64,000 nucleotides of DNA from Candidatus Omnitrophota bacterium (lineage in GTDB: Bacteria > Omnitrophota > Omnitrophia > Omnitrophales > Aquincolibacteriaceae), in the NCBI GenBank assembly GCA_903819565.1, contig CAIJDY010000030.1, positions 7,128-71,127 on the forward strand, written 5' to 3'. Positions 46,439-55,911 of this stretch are shown piece after piece. Numbering within the stretch: position 1 is the stretch's first letter; each line of letters begins with the position of its first letter. Under the pieces are notes generated by a model, which saw only the letters and a list, made by a program, of their open reading frames with translations, did no database searches and was not told the DNA's origin. The position numbers and the translations under genes are program-made.

Positions 46439-46936
46439 TTATTTAAAAAGAACGATTCCCAAAAAATAGATGAAAGAGACGGAAAAGAAATGTGCCCACC
46501 ACCACCCCATGTTCGGGTAGCGGAAGAAATGGCCTTTCGGGCCGATATCCGTCTCAGACTTCAGGAATTCCAATTGAAACAGGGACCGGGATATCGCGAA
46601 GCGGCCCCACAGGATCGCGATGTCGGGAAGCGTGGTGTTGAGAAAAAGGCTCGCCAGCGTTAGCGGTCCTTGAAAATGAATGATGGAAAAGTGGGCCATC
46701 AGGATCGTCCCGAGGATCGCAATGAATCCGCTGAGGATATAAGCCAATGAGAGCGTGCGTCTGAAGCAGAAAAGGAGCGGGAGGCAGAAAGCACCGACGA
46801 GCCCCGTGATAAAAGGGATAATGTTCCACGAGTTCTTTCCTGGGGGATGGATCCTGAGGTGCAGGCACCACCCGCCGAACGTCAGAAAAAACAGGGCGAG
46901 AATCAAAGTCGCTTTGAGGGATTTTTTCTGATTCAT
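46439..46936 (-). CDS. Hypothetical membrane protein with intramembrane His residues
   Basis: GAGG RBS before ATG 46936; about five TM helices; GGWCLHLRIHP, MAHFS, GWWWAH. Confidence 0.75.
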   Translation of the reverse strand: MNQKKSLKATLILALFFLTFGGWCLHLRIHPPGKNSWNIIPFITGLVGAFCLPLLFCFRRTLSLAYILSGFIAILGTILMAHFSIIHFQGPLTLASLFLNTTLPDIAILWGRFAISRSLFQLEFLKSETDIGPKGHFFRYPNMGWWWAHFFSVSFIYFLGIVLFK

Positions 46937-47243
46937 GAACACTTCCTCTTTCTTAATAATGGATTGGATAGGGACTTTTTTATTGATATAGGCCTTTTCG
47001 CGACGAGATAACTTTGCTTCTACGTCAATCCTGGGTACCAGTCTAGACCCGAACGGGGAAAAAAGCCATAGGGTAGCGGGCGCTTTCGCCGACTTTTTTC
47101 TGCCAGATCGCATGCGCGGATCTTCATATTTTCCAGGATACAGTCGCTAGTGAGCTTTTTCGGTCTTCGGGGCCGCGACGGGGATGGACTTTCTTGACCT
47201 CAGAGAAGCTGAGATCCCCGGAACTCTGGAAAGAAATTTTAAA

Positions 47244-48851
47244 TCAATGGCTTGCGATGGGGGCGCTGCCGTGGGTGCGCACTTTCTTGAATAAAAACAC
47301 GGTGGGGGTGAAAATAAAACAGACGAGCCCCACGCCGCGGAAATTGTCCACGAAAGCCATGAGGGTCGCCTGGCGGACAAGTTCCTGATAGATCAATCCA
47401 TAAGTCAGGGGGTCCGCCATTCCCGTTCCGGCGTGGGCCAAAAGCCCCTGGATCTTCTGAAAAGTGATCTGAGAGGTGGGATCGTAGGGTGTCAGGTGAC
47501 TGATCAGGGTGGCCTGGTGGGCCTGGCTCATTCGCGCGAGAGCCGTCGTGGTCAGCGCGATCCCGACGCCACCTCCGATGTTCCGCATGAGATTAAAAAG
47601 CCCGGAGGCATTGCCCATTTCCTCTTTGTGCAAAGTCCCCATTGTGAGGATGGTCAGTGGAACAAAGATCGCGCTGATCCCGATCCCGGTACCGATAATG
47701 GGCCACACGACATTCGACATGCCGATCTGCAAATTAATATTCCCCAGCTCGTAGCAGGTCAGGCCCAGGAGTGCGAGACCGCCGGCGACAAAGATCCGGG
47801 CATCCACTAACCCGATCACGCGGCCGACCACGAGGGCGGTCAAAAAAGCGCCGATCCCGCGCGGGCTGATCGCCAGTCCGCTCAGGTACGCCGAATAATT
47901 CATGAGGCTCTGCAGGAAAAGTGGCAAGAGCGCCGTGGTGCTGTAGAGGACCGCGCCGATGGCGGTGACGATGCAGACGCCGGTAAAAAAATTCCGGTCC
48001 TTGAGAATGCGCAGGTCCACGACGGGGTGGTCGGTCCGCAATTCCCGGAAAACAAAGGCCACCAGCGAAACGACGATAATGCCGCTGGACCAGCAGAGCC
48101 AGCTCGCGGAGAACCAATCCACTTCCTGGCCTTTATCCAGCACCACTTGCAGCAGGCCCAGCCCGATCGCCATGAGGGAGAACCCGATATAATCGATGGA
48201 GAGGGCCTTGTTCTTTTTGATGTAAGGGGGATCTTCGACGAACGCCTTCGTCATGAACACGGCCCAGATCCCGATGGGAAGATTGATCAGGAAGATCCAG
48301 CGCCAGGAATAATTGTCCGTGATCCATCCTCCGATCGTGGGGCCGATGATCGGCGCGACGATCACACCCAGGGCATAAACCGCCATGGCCTGGCCGCGTT
48401 TTTCTTTCGGGAAACTTTCCAGCAGCACGGCCTGCGCGATGGGCTGCAGTGCACCGCCGCCAAGGCCCTGAACGATCCGTGCGAAGATGAGGAATCCCAG
48501 GCTGTTGGCCAAGCCGCAGAGCGCCGAAGAAACGGTGAAGATCATGATGCAAAGGATCAGGAACCGTTTACGGCCGAAAAACCCGCCGAACCACGCCGCC
48601 GCCGGCAGGATGATGGCGTTCGATACCAGATAACTCGTGAGAACCCACGTGGCTTCGTGATTGCTGGCCGAAAGATTTCCCGCGATATGCGGCAGTGAAA
48701 CGTTTGCCACCGAAGTGTCCAAGACCTCCATGAAGGTCGCCAGCATCACCGAAAAGGCGATGAGCCACGGACTGTGGCGGGGATGCCATTCTTCCGCCGC
48801 CATAACGGCCTGCGCCTGTGCGTGGTTTTCCTCCGGGGGTTTTTGGGCCAC
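47244..48851 (-). CDS. emrB: DHA2 family MFS efflux permease (EmrB-like)
   Basis: ATFMEVLDTSVANVSLPHIAG, WRWIFLINLPIG, RNIGG. Confidence 0.95.
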   Translation of the reverse strand: MAQKPPEENHAQAQAVMAAEEWHPRHSPWLIAFSVMLATFMEVLDTSVANVSLPHIAGNLSASNHEATWVLTSYLVSNAIILPAAAWFGGFFGRKRFLILCIMIFTVSSALCGLANSLGFLIFARIVQGLGGGALQPIAQAVLLESFPKEKRGQAMAVYALGVIVAPIIGPTIGGWITDNYSWRWIFLINLPIGIWAVFMTKAFVEDPPYIKKNKALSIDYIGFSLMAIGLGLLQVVLDKGQEVDWFSASWLCWSSGIIVVSLVAFVFRELRTDHPVVDLRILKDRNFFTGVCIVTAIGAVLYSTTALLPLFLQSLMNYSAYLSGLAISPRGIGAFLTALVVGRVIGLVDARIFVAGGLALLGLTCYELGNINLQIGMSNVVWPIIGTGIGISAIFVPLTILTMGTLHKEEMGNASGLFNLMRNIGGGVGIALTTTALARMSQAHQATLISHLTPYDPTSQITFQKIQGLLAHAGTGMADPLTYGLIYQELVRQATLMAFVDNFRGVGLVCFIFTPTVFLFKKVRTHGSAPIASH

Positions 48852-48853
48852 GG

Positions 48854-49765
48854 TCAGCGGACCTTCACCTCTGGGACGGCGGACATGCCTAACGCCAGAG
48901 GGTATTTTTTATTCGGGGCTTCGTCAAAAACGATCTTCACGGGCACGCGCTGGACCACTTTCACATAATTGCCCGTCGCGTTCTCCGGAGGAAGCAGGCT
49001 GAAGCGGGCGCCGGTCCCTCGCTGGATGCTGTCCACGCGGCCTTTGAAGGTTTTGTGCGGGTAAGTGTCGATCCGGATGGAGACTTTCTGTCCGGGATGC
49101 ATCGCGGTCAGCTGCGTTTCCTTGAAGTTCGCGACCACCCATTTTTCCCTGGAAACGATGGCCAGGAGCGGCTGTCCGACCTGGATGAGCTGACCGACCT
49201 CCACGCTTTTTTTGGTCACGTGGCCGTCGATCGGCGCGTAGATCTTGGTGTAAGAAACCTCCAGATCGGCCTGCTCCACGCGCGCTTTGGCGGCGGCGAC
49301 TTTCGCGTCCGCGATCTGGGTCCGGAGCACGGCCATGTCGAGCTGCTGCTTCGAGACCTCGTCTTCGGTGTTCAGTTTGCTATAACGCGCGGCGTCGGTG
49401 TGGGCCTTTTCCGCCTCCGCTTCCGCGGCCTGCAGGTCTGCCTTCGCCATTTGGTCCCGGACCCTGTAGTCGTTGGCATCCAGTTCGATCAAAGGGTCCC
49501 CGGCCTTCACTTCCTGGTTGTCGTTCACGAGGACGTTCGTCACGTGGGCCGACACCTTCGGGCTGATGGGGACGACGTGTCCTTCGATGAAAGCGTCGTC
49601 CGTCGACACGTAACAGAGGCCGTGCTGAATGAACCAGAGCACCAGGATGAGAAGCAGTCCTCCCGCGCACGTGACCGCGACCCGGAACGTGGGATCTTCG
49701 GCGTGGAGTTGTTTTTTGAATTCCTGCCGGTTCATGCCCTTTAATTTTCTTAAGAGATTCCACAT
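48854..49765 (-). CDS. emrA: HlyD/EmrA-type periplasmic adaptor
   Basis: STDDAFI, ANFKETQL, FSLLPPENATGNYVKVVQRVPV. Confidence 0.95.
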   Translation of the reverse strand: MWNLLRKLKGMNRQEFKKQLHAEDPTFRVAVTCAGGLLLILVLWFIQHGLCYVSTDDAFIEGHVVPISPKVSAHVTNVLVNDNQEVKAGDPLIELDANDYRVRDQMAKADLQAAEAEAEKAHTDAARYSKLNTEDEVSKQQLDMAVLRTQIADAKVAAAKARVEQADLEVSYTKIYAPIDGHVTKKSVEVGQLIQVGQPLLAIVSREKWVVANFKETQLTAMHPGQKVSIRIDTYPHKTFKGRVDSIQRGTGARFSLLPPENATGNYVKVVQRVPVKIVFDEAPNKKYPLALGMSAVPEVKVR

Positions 49766-49771
49766 AACGGC

Positions 49772-51217
49772 TTACTCCTTTTCTTGATCCGTATTTTTCA
49801 GATAAAAAGCGCCGGTTTGGCCCAAGGCGTAGAACAAATTAAGGCGGGCGACATGATATTGGGTCAGCGCGGAAATGTGGGTTTCGCGGGCGCGCGCGAG
49901 GGTCGTCTGGGCGGCGATCACTTCCACGTTGTCCCCGAGGCCTTCCCCGAACCGGTCCTGCGCCATTTTCAGCTCCCGGGAAGCAAGCTCCAGGATCGAG
50001 GTCGCGGTCTTGACCTGCTGTTTCTCCGTTTTGATCTTCAGCAAAGCCAGACGGACATCTTCCTCGATCTGCCTCCGGAGGTCCGCCAGTTTTTGTTCTA
50101 GCTGACGTTTCCGGCTTGAGGCTTCCTTGATCGCGCCCCAGATCTTGCCGCCTTCCAAAAGCGGCATCGAGCCGCCGATCATGATCTCGCCCGTCCCGCG
50201 GTCGTTCCGCCGCGGACCGTTCCCGCTCAAGCCGTAATCGCCGTTCAGGGCGATCTTGGGAAGCATCTCGGCTTTGGCGGCCCGCAAAAGATAATTTTCG
50301 GTCCGGATGCCGTCGCCGAGGATCCGCATTTCGAGGCGATTTTTCTGGGCAAGGTCGATGGCATCATCGATGGGGATCTCCGGCTCGTCCAGGTAAGAAA
50401 GGGAATCGCTCAGGTCCAAAAGGTCTTCGTAGGGAAGTCCCGCGACCCTTTGGATTTGCAGGTAAGACTCGGTAAGCCCCAGGCGGAATTGTTCGAGCTG
50501 GAAGGTTTCTTCCGCAGTCCTAGTGGTCGCACGGGCGACGTCGACCCCGGTCGCGATCTCAACTTCATGCTGATGCTCCGCCTGTTTCAAGAGGCGTTCG
50601 GCCAGTTCGACGTTCGCTTCGGCGGCTTTGAACCTTCCTTTGCTCTGAAGGGCGGCGAGATAGGCCAGAGAAGCCTCCAGCATGACCTTCTGTCTGGCGA
50701 ATTCCTCCTCGTATTGTTTGACCTTGACGTTGGCGTTCCCGGCCTGAAAGCGTGAGAGGGCGCTTAAGTCAAAGATCGTCTGGGTCAACCTGAAACGCGC
50801 ATCGAAAGTGTCAAAGGGCCCGATCAGGGGTTGGTTTTTAAAACCCATGGCCTCGAGATTCATGCGGCCCACCCGGTTTTCCGACATGGTGGCTTCCACG
50901 TGAGGCAAAAGCTCCGAACCCGCCTGGAGTCTCTGGGCTTTGGCCTCGCGGATTTGCTCCAGCGCGAGCTTCGTGAGTAAATGATTCTTCAGCGCGAATT
51001 GAATGACCTGCTGAAGGCTCAACGAGGAGGAGTTAATTTCTTCCGTCGGATGCTTCTTCCCCAAAGGCAATATTTTTTCGAAGAAAGAGCTCCACGAAGC
51101 CGTCGCGGAAATCGGGGAAACCACGATTAATATCCCCAGAGCGAGCATGATGCGCCGGAAACCTTTGAATCCAAACGTCCGGCTGCGATCTTTGAAGATT
51201 TTTAGAAAGAAACTCAT
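49772..51217 (-). CDS. TolC-family outer membrane factor
   Basis: Two OEP repeats (LLPHV, MLPKI); located in the marR-emrAB operon. Confidence 0.9.
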   Translation of the reverse strand: MSFFLKIFKDRSRTFGFKGFRRIMLALGILIVVSPISATASWSSFFEKILPLGKKHPTEEINSSSLSLQQVIQFALKNHLLTKLALEQIREAKAQRLQAGSELLPHVEATMSENRVGRMNLEAMGFKNQPLIGPFDTFDARFRLTQTIFDLSALSRFQAGNANVKVKQYEEEFARQKVMLEASLAYLAALQSKGRFKAAEANVELAERLLKQAEHQHEVEIATGVDVARATTRTAEETFQLEQFRLGLTESYLQIQRVAGLPYEDLLDLSDSLSYLDEPEIPIDDAIDLAQKNRLEMRILGDGIRTENYLLRAAKAEMLPKIALNGDYGLSGNGPRRNDRGTGEIMIGGSMPLLEGGKIWGAIKEASSRKRQLEQKLADLRRQIEEDVRLALLKIKTEKQQVKTATSILELASRELKMAQDRFGEGLGDNVEVIAAQTTLARARETHISALTQYHVARLNLFYALGQTGAFYLKNTDQEKE

Positions 51218-51748
51218 TTAGCGAATCCCGCTTTTGAATTTGCAAAGGAGCCGGAACAGCTCTTTTTTTTCATCGGGCTTGAATTCCGAAAAGATCCGAT
51301 GGATCGTCGTGTAATGATGGGGAAGATAACTTTCGAGCAGGGCTTTTCCTTTTGGGGTGATCTTCACAAGCCAGGCGCGGCCGTCACTCCGGTCCGCTTC
51401 CCGTTTGGCCAGGCCTTTGCGGACCAGCGCGTTCACAAGGCCTGTGACATTGGCCCGGCTCACGAGGAGTAGTTTGCTGATATCGTGCTGTTTGAGTTTT
51501 TTCCCCGAGCTCCGGCTCAGGATCATCAGGACGTTGAACACCGCGGGGGACAGGCCGTAACCCGCCATGAGTTTCGTAAAATGGACCATAAGTACGTCGT
51601 AGGTATAAACAAAAGTCAGCAGGGTCCGGACGGCGGGCCAATCGAACGCTTTGTATTTTTTTCCGAACTCGCGGATCCGGGTCCAGTAATAGCTGGCGCG
51701 CAGGTCTTCCGCGACGGGCAGGGCTGGGGGAATGGGGCGCTTTTTCAT
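51218..51748 (-). CDS. MarR family regulator
   Basis: GLSPAVFNVL, SRANVTGLVNAL..KGL..R...DGR...VKITPKG. Confidence 0.93.
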   Translation of the reverse strand: MKKRPIPPALPVAEDLRASYYWTRIREFGKKYKAFDWPAVRTLLTFVYTYDVLMVHFTKLMAGYGLSPAVFNVLMILSRSSGKKLKQHDISKLLLVSRANVTGLVNALVRKGLAKREADRSDGRAWLVKITPKGKALLESYLPHHYTTIHRIFSEFKPDEKKELFRLLCKFKSGIR

Positions 51749-51754
51749 GGGAGG

Positions 51755-51783
51755 ATTCTAGCCTGAAGTCGTTATTTTGTAAA
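51755..51783 (-). promoter_or_regulatory. sigma70 promoter giving a probable leaderless marR operon transcript
   Basis: TTTACA, 17 nt, TAGAAT, 6 nt, then ATG (51748). Confidence 0.65.
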
Positions 51784-51920
51784 TATCTTAACAAACCAAA
51801 AAAGCGGGCGAAGGGGCCGCACCGGAAAGACGCCGTGATGCATGACGCAAAAGACCTGGGCAGCGGGACCGTTAGGGAGTGTCCATTTATTGATCGTTCG
51901 ATCTTTCTACCATGGGGGAG

Positions 51921-52154
51921 TTACGAAGCGACGGGGGGAACGCAGGCTCTTTCTTTTTCCAGTCGGGTTTCTTGGGCGATCGCGAAGATCAGGACGATGC
52001 AAAAGAATATCGAGGAAGCCACCGTGCCGATGTTGATGCCGCCCTTTGCGATCGGTTTGGTAAGAAGATCGCCGAACGTGGCGCCGAACGGTCTTGTCAA
52101 AACAAAGGCCAGCCAGAAGAGCCATGTCCCGGAAACTTTTGTAAAAAAGTGCTG
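51921..52154 (-). pseudogene. 5'-truncated COG4705/DUF347-like membrane protein fragment
   Basis: Frame reads HFFTKVSGTWLFWLAFVLTRPFGATFGDLLTKPIAKGG...* with no suitable start codon. Confidence 0.8.
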
Positions 52155-52182
52155 CAGGATTATACACCCGCCGCGCCTTTTC
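52153..52182. repeat. 30-bp direct repeat, copy 1 (TATAAT on the minus strand)
   Basis: tgcaggattatacacccgccgcgccttttc; 28/30 identical to 60159..60188. Confidence 0.85.
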
Positions 52183-52192
52183 TGTGGAAACT

Positions 52193-53821
52193 CTACCGCC
52201 TTGGCGGCTTGCCACGGCCTCTTGATTTATCGCCTTCACTTGCGCTGGCGAAGTTTGAAGGGGGTGTTAATTGACCCGCGTTTTGCGGTATGCTGCCGAC
52301 GCCGAACAGAAAGTCGGTGTTGGGGATTTCCGGCATAGTGACCAGCGTCGAAAACCGGTAGGCGCCCTGGGGTACCACGTCAAGATTCCGGAGTTTTACA
52401 AGCGCCGTTCGCTGGTCTGCCGTGAGCGTTTTATTGACCTCTGAAAATCGGGAGGCATAGAGCGCCGACATCTGTCCGTCCAGCGCCCCATAACGCTCGA
52501 TAAGGGAATACACCTTTTCTTTGTCGGGGGGTTCTCCGGTGATGGCCTTGCGCAACTCCTTGGAGACAGCGATTCTTAGCTGCTTTATTTCTGCGAGCGC
52601 AGGTCGCTGCTCATCAATGATCCCCGTAATCAACGCTCTCTGATTGCGGTCCAGAATATTGAGGAAATCCTTTCCGCTGTCTCCTGTGATGGCCGTGCTG
52701 ATGAAGTAATTCGGGTTATGCATCGCCGGATAATCCTTCATGAAGAAACCGCCGAAGTAAGTACCGTGACGTTCCGGGCAGAAATACACATCCGCCTCAA
52801 GACCGCCTTTATACCAGGAGAACAGTTCGCTGGCATACGTCATCACGGCCACGAACTCAGGATTGGTCATGCTTCGCTTGAGCGTTTCATCCTCTGCCAC
52901 TTCCGGCCATGAGGCGTAGTTATTGAACTGCATTTTTGCCAGGTAGGCCTTTTGCTCCGAAGTAAAAGAGCTGATGATCTCACCGATCGCCGAGGCGCGG
53001 TGGTAGCTCAGATCTGCGTCATTCTTGTAGAGGCCTGCCGTGTACTTTGAAACCGCCTGAATATCAAGGCCGGCTGATCCGGAAGGGACCTTTCCCTCCA
53101 AACTGCGCCGAAAGGCGTTTGATAGGAGCAGACGGTTATAAGCAAACCGGGTATAGATCGGCGCCTGTTCTTTGGCCAGCGCCACCAGTTTCGCTTTTTG
53201 AGCGTCATTTAATATGTAAAGAACATTGCTGGCAACCCGAGTGAGGAACGTGGTGTTATGTCCGTAACCGGCCGTATCCACATCGCGCATATACTGGAAT
53301 CCGAAGAAATCCGCTACTTTGCCTGGGGGAAAGAAAGTATCGCCGCCGGCGCTCCCGGTAATAAAAGCCAGGCCGCTGAATGCAATCGTGGAAAGCTGCG
53401 CGTTGTCGCTCATGGCCTGCTCGATCGTGTATTGATTTCCCTGCCCTCCGGGATTTGACTTTGGGTCTTGGCTTTGGGGTTGTTGATGATCGTTTTCTGG
53501 TTGTTCCCGGGAATTGTCCGGTTTCTCTCCTTGTTCTGCTTTACCGGGACCGCGGCGATCCGAGGAGCCCCGTTCAGGCCGACAGGCGAAATATTGCTTG
53601 TCCGGTGTGTAGGCACAATCTCCGGTCTTGGTTCCTTCGGGGGTGGAAATTTCACAAGCTGTTCCTTCGGATTTTCCGGCGCAGGCGTCTATAGCAGATT
53701 GCGGGGGAATGCGGGTCGGGCTATTTCTTTGACCTTCCTGCGGGGGCATGGGATCCTGCGCGCAGACGATGCCTGTTAGCAAGAATAAGAACAAGACGAT
53801 TCCTGAAATTTTCTTGGTCAT
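52193..53821 (-). CDS. Secreted hypothetical protein with a 4-Cys N-terminal module and Spy/CpxP-like LTxxQ repeats
   Basis: GGAGG RBS, signal peptide; PPQSAIDAC..K.EG.AC...GDC...FACRP; LNDAQ, FTSEQ, LDRNQ, LTADQ. Confidence 0.75.
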   Translation of the reverse strand: MTKKISGIVLFLFLLTGIVCAQDPMPPQEGQRNSPTRIPPQSAIDACAGKSEGTACEISTPEGTKTGDCAYTPDKQYFACRPERGSSDRRGPGKAEQGEKPDNSREQPENDHQQPQSQDPKSNPGGQGNQYTIEQAMSDNAQLSTIAFSGLAFITGSAGGDTFFPPGKVADFFGFQYMRDVDTAGYGHNTTFLTRVASNVLYILNDAQKAKLVALAKEQAPIYTRFAYNRLLLSNAFRRSLEGKVPSGSAGLDIQAVSKYTAGLYKNDADLSYHRASAIGEIISSFTSEQKAYLAKMQFNNYASWPEVAEDETLKRSMTNPEFVAVMTYASELFSWYKGGLEADVYFCPERHGTYFGGFFMKDYPAMHNPNYFISTAITGDSGKDFLNILDRNQRALITGIIDEQRPALAEIKQLRIAVSKELRKAITGEPPDKEKVYSLIERYGALDGQMSALYASRFSEVNKTLTADQRTALVKLRNLDVVPQGAYRFSTLVTMPEIPNTDFLFGVGSIPQNAGQLTPPSNFASASEGDKSRGRGKPPRR

Positions 53822-53863
53822 GGAGGCTTCCTCCCGTGATAGTTTTGGTGGTACGGCTTGCCC

Positions 53864-55024
53864 TTACCGGTCGCTGCGCATGATCCAGTAATCGATGTCC
53901 TTATCCACATTCACGAGATAGAGCTGGCGGTTGTGGTGTGAGGATGCGTCAAAAAGGCGCATGTAAAAATCATCGTAAAATTCGGGCGCCTGCAGGTCGT
54001 ATTGATGGCCGTAGCTGGCCCGGTTGACCGGGGTCACGTCCACGATCGACAGTCTGTCCGGGATCAAATATTTAAGGGAAAGAAACCCGTGGGCCTCTTC
54101 GAACTGTTCCTGCTCGGTGACGGCAGAATGTTGCCGGCCGAATTTTTTCTCCCAGTCGATGATCCGCGCCATGAGGAGCGCTTTGTCGTTGGAAGAAACG
54201 TAAACGGCGAGTTTTTCCGATAACGCCAATATTTCGTCCCGGAACTTGTCATTAAATTCATTCTTCGAGACATCCGGTGCCGCCATCACCGTGAGCGCTA
54301 TTTCCGCTTCGGGGTCGGCAAGGTCCGGCTGCTGGTACATCCACTCAAAGGCACTGCATACCACCTGACAGCCGAGGCTCGAAGACTCGATCCACAACTT
54401 TTCGGGTTTCACCTCACGGATGACTTTAGTCAAAACACCCCCCAGCTGCGCCCCTGAAGCGGCGGCAAGTTTTTCTGCCTTCCGGTATCCCCAGGGAGTC
54501 ACCGATTGGTCTCCGGGCCAGTCGAAGATCAGGACCGGCGTATTGACATCCAGAAGATAGGTGAAATAGGCGAGCTTGGTCGCGGTCAGTTCAAAATCGT
54601 CCTTGAAGCCGTGGACCAATACCAGCAAAGACTTGCGCGGCGAGCTTTGGACCGCCTGCAAAAGTTCCCTGATAAAAGCATCGTCGTTCAATCGCGCGAC
54701 ATCCTGGACCCGGATGATCCCTTTTTTCTTGAGTTCCGCGGCGGTTACTTTGGCGATCTTGACCAACGGATCGATCCTGCAATTGAGTTTCCCCAGCGTC
54801 GGGCTGTCAGCCATTTCGGAATTGAAATAAAGCTGGCCGTCCTGTTCTCTGACCTGGCGGCTGCTGGCGTAAAAGAGCCCGATGATCCTGTGGTTGCCTT
54901 CCATTTTGGACGGGGCGCGGCGATAAAGTGTTTTGTCGTTATAGGCAGTAGTTTCTTTTAAGGGGACAGAGGTGCAGCCGGGCAGGAGCAGGATCACGAT
55001 CAGGAGATAGGATATTTTTTTCAT
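53864..55024 (-). CDS. Alpha/beta hydrolase-fold lipoprotein (DUF900-like)
   Basis: Lipobox LPGC, VLVHGF, FDWP, SSSLG, MAAPDV, YVSSNDKAL. Confidence 0.8.
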   Translation of the reverse strand: MKKISYLLIVILLLPGCTSVPLKETTAYNDKTLYRRAPSKMEGNHRIIGLFYASSRQVREQDGQLYFNSEMADSPTLGKLNCRIDPLVKIAKVTAAELKKKGIIRVQDVARLNDDAFIRELLQAVQSSPRKSLLVLVHGFKDDFELTATKLAYFTYLLDVNTPVLIFDWPGDQSVTPWGYRKAEKLAAASGAQLGGVLTKVIREVKPEKLWIESSSLGCQVVCSAFEWMYQQPDLADPEAEIALTVMAAPDVSKNEFNDKFRDEILALSEKLAVYVSSNDKALLMARIIDWEKKFGRQHSAVTEQEQFEEAHGFLSLKYLIPDRLSIVDVTPVNRASYGHQYDLQAPEFYDDFYMRLFDASSHHNRQLYLVNVDKDIDYWIMRSDR

Positions 55025-55103
55025 AGTCGAAACAAGCGGACTGATTATATTGGCACTATTCCGGGATATCAAAGGATATCTTCGCGAATGCGAGGGAAAC
55101 AGG

Positions 55104-55823
55104 TTAGGAAGGCTTTGTCTGTTGTTTGAATTTTTTGATGATTAAAAAAGAATGGATCCACACGAAAAAGATGCCCCAGGGACTAAAAAGGGTTGAGCGT
55201 AAAATGTTGTTGGGAGATGGATCCATTACCACTGCCGCCTTCATAAGGTAAGCCCGGATCCTCCAAAGGGTCATGATGAAGGTGATGAGCAAGGCAATAT
55301 TCAGCAGAATGGCCGATCCCTTTTCCGCGATGCCCATGGATTCCTCCGTCAGGATCTTGGCGATCAACAAGACCGGGCAGGATAAATTGATGGTATTGAA
55401 AATTTTAATTTTACGGATGTACTTCGCCAGATCGTCTGCTTGGGCGTGATCGATGGATTCCAGGCGGGGCTTCACCGTGGCGTCGCGGCTGAACAGACCG
55501 CATAACAAATAGGACGCTCCGATCACCAGGCACATGAGAAAGAGGATCGGGAAAACAAAAAAGAACAGCCCCAAAAGAAAGGGGGTCCGCTCAAGTAAGG
55601 GCATGAAGGAACAGGCGGTGACGGCGACGAATGAGAAAAGCCATGCCGCGAAGACGCAATAAGCCGTTCCGGCCTGCCGCAATTCCGCTTTCGGGTATTT
55701 CCGGTCCTTCAGGATCCGGGGGATAAAATAAGGCGTGATCCTGTTGCCTGAAAATGTTTTATGAGCGATGAAAACGACCAGCGGAAGAGCCAGAATGAAA
55801 GTTTCGGACAATATGTTTTTCAT
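55104..55823 (-). CDS. Hypothetical membrane protein
   Basis: 239 aa, about six hydrophobic segments, AAGGA RBS. Confidence 0.7.
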   Translation of the reverse strand: MKNILSETFILALPLVVFIAHKTFSGNRITPYFIPRILKDRKYPKAELRQAGTAYCVFAAWLFSFVAVTACSFMPLLERTPFLLGLFFFVFPILFLMCLVIGASYLLCGLFSRDATVKPRLESIDHAQADDLAKYIRKIKIFNTINLSCPVLLIAKILTEESMGIAEKGSAILLNIALLITFIMTLWRIRAYLMKAAVVMDPSPNNILRSTLFSPWGIFFVWIHSFLIIKKFKQQTKPS

Positions 55824-55911
55824 GCGGTCCTTCTCGCGATATTTTTTCGAGCGAACAGCAAGGCCGTTGTGCTGTCCTCAGCGGTATCGGCCCCCTCTTT
55901 GATTTTCTTTG

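Noticed and set aside
47045-47095. c-di-GMP-I riboswitch-like words (aaagccatagggt, ggtagcggg)
   Set aside because: Lacks the GGCAAAC/GNRA P2 architecture and is oriented away from any downstream plus-strand gene
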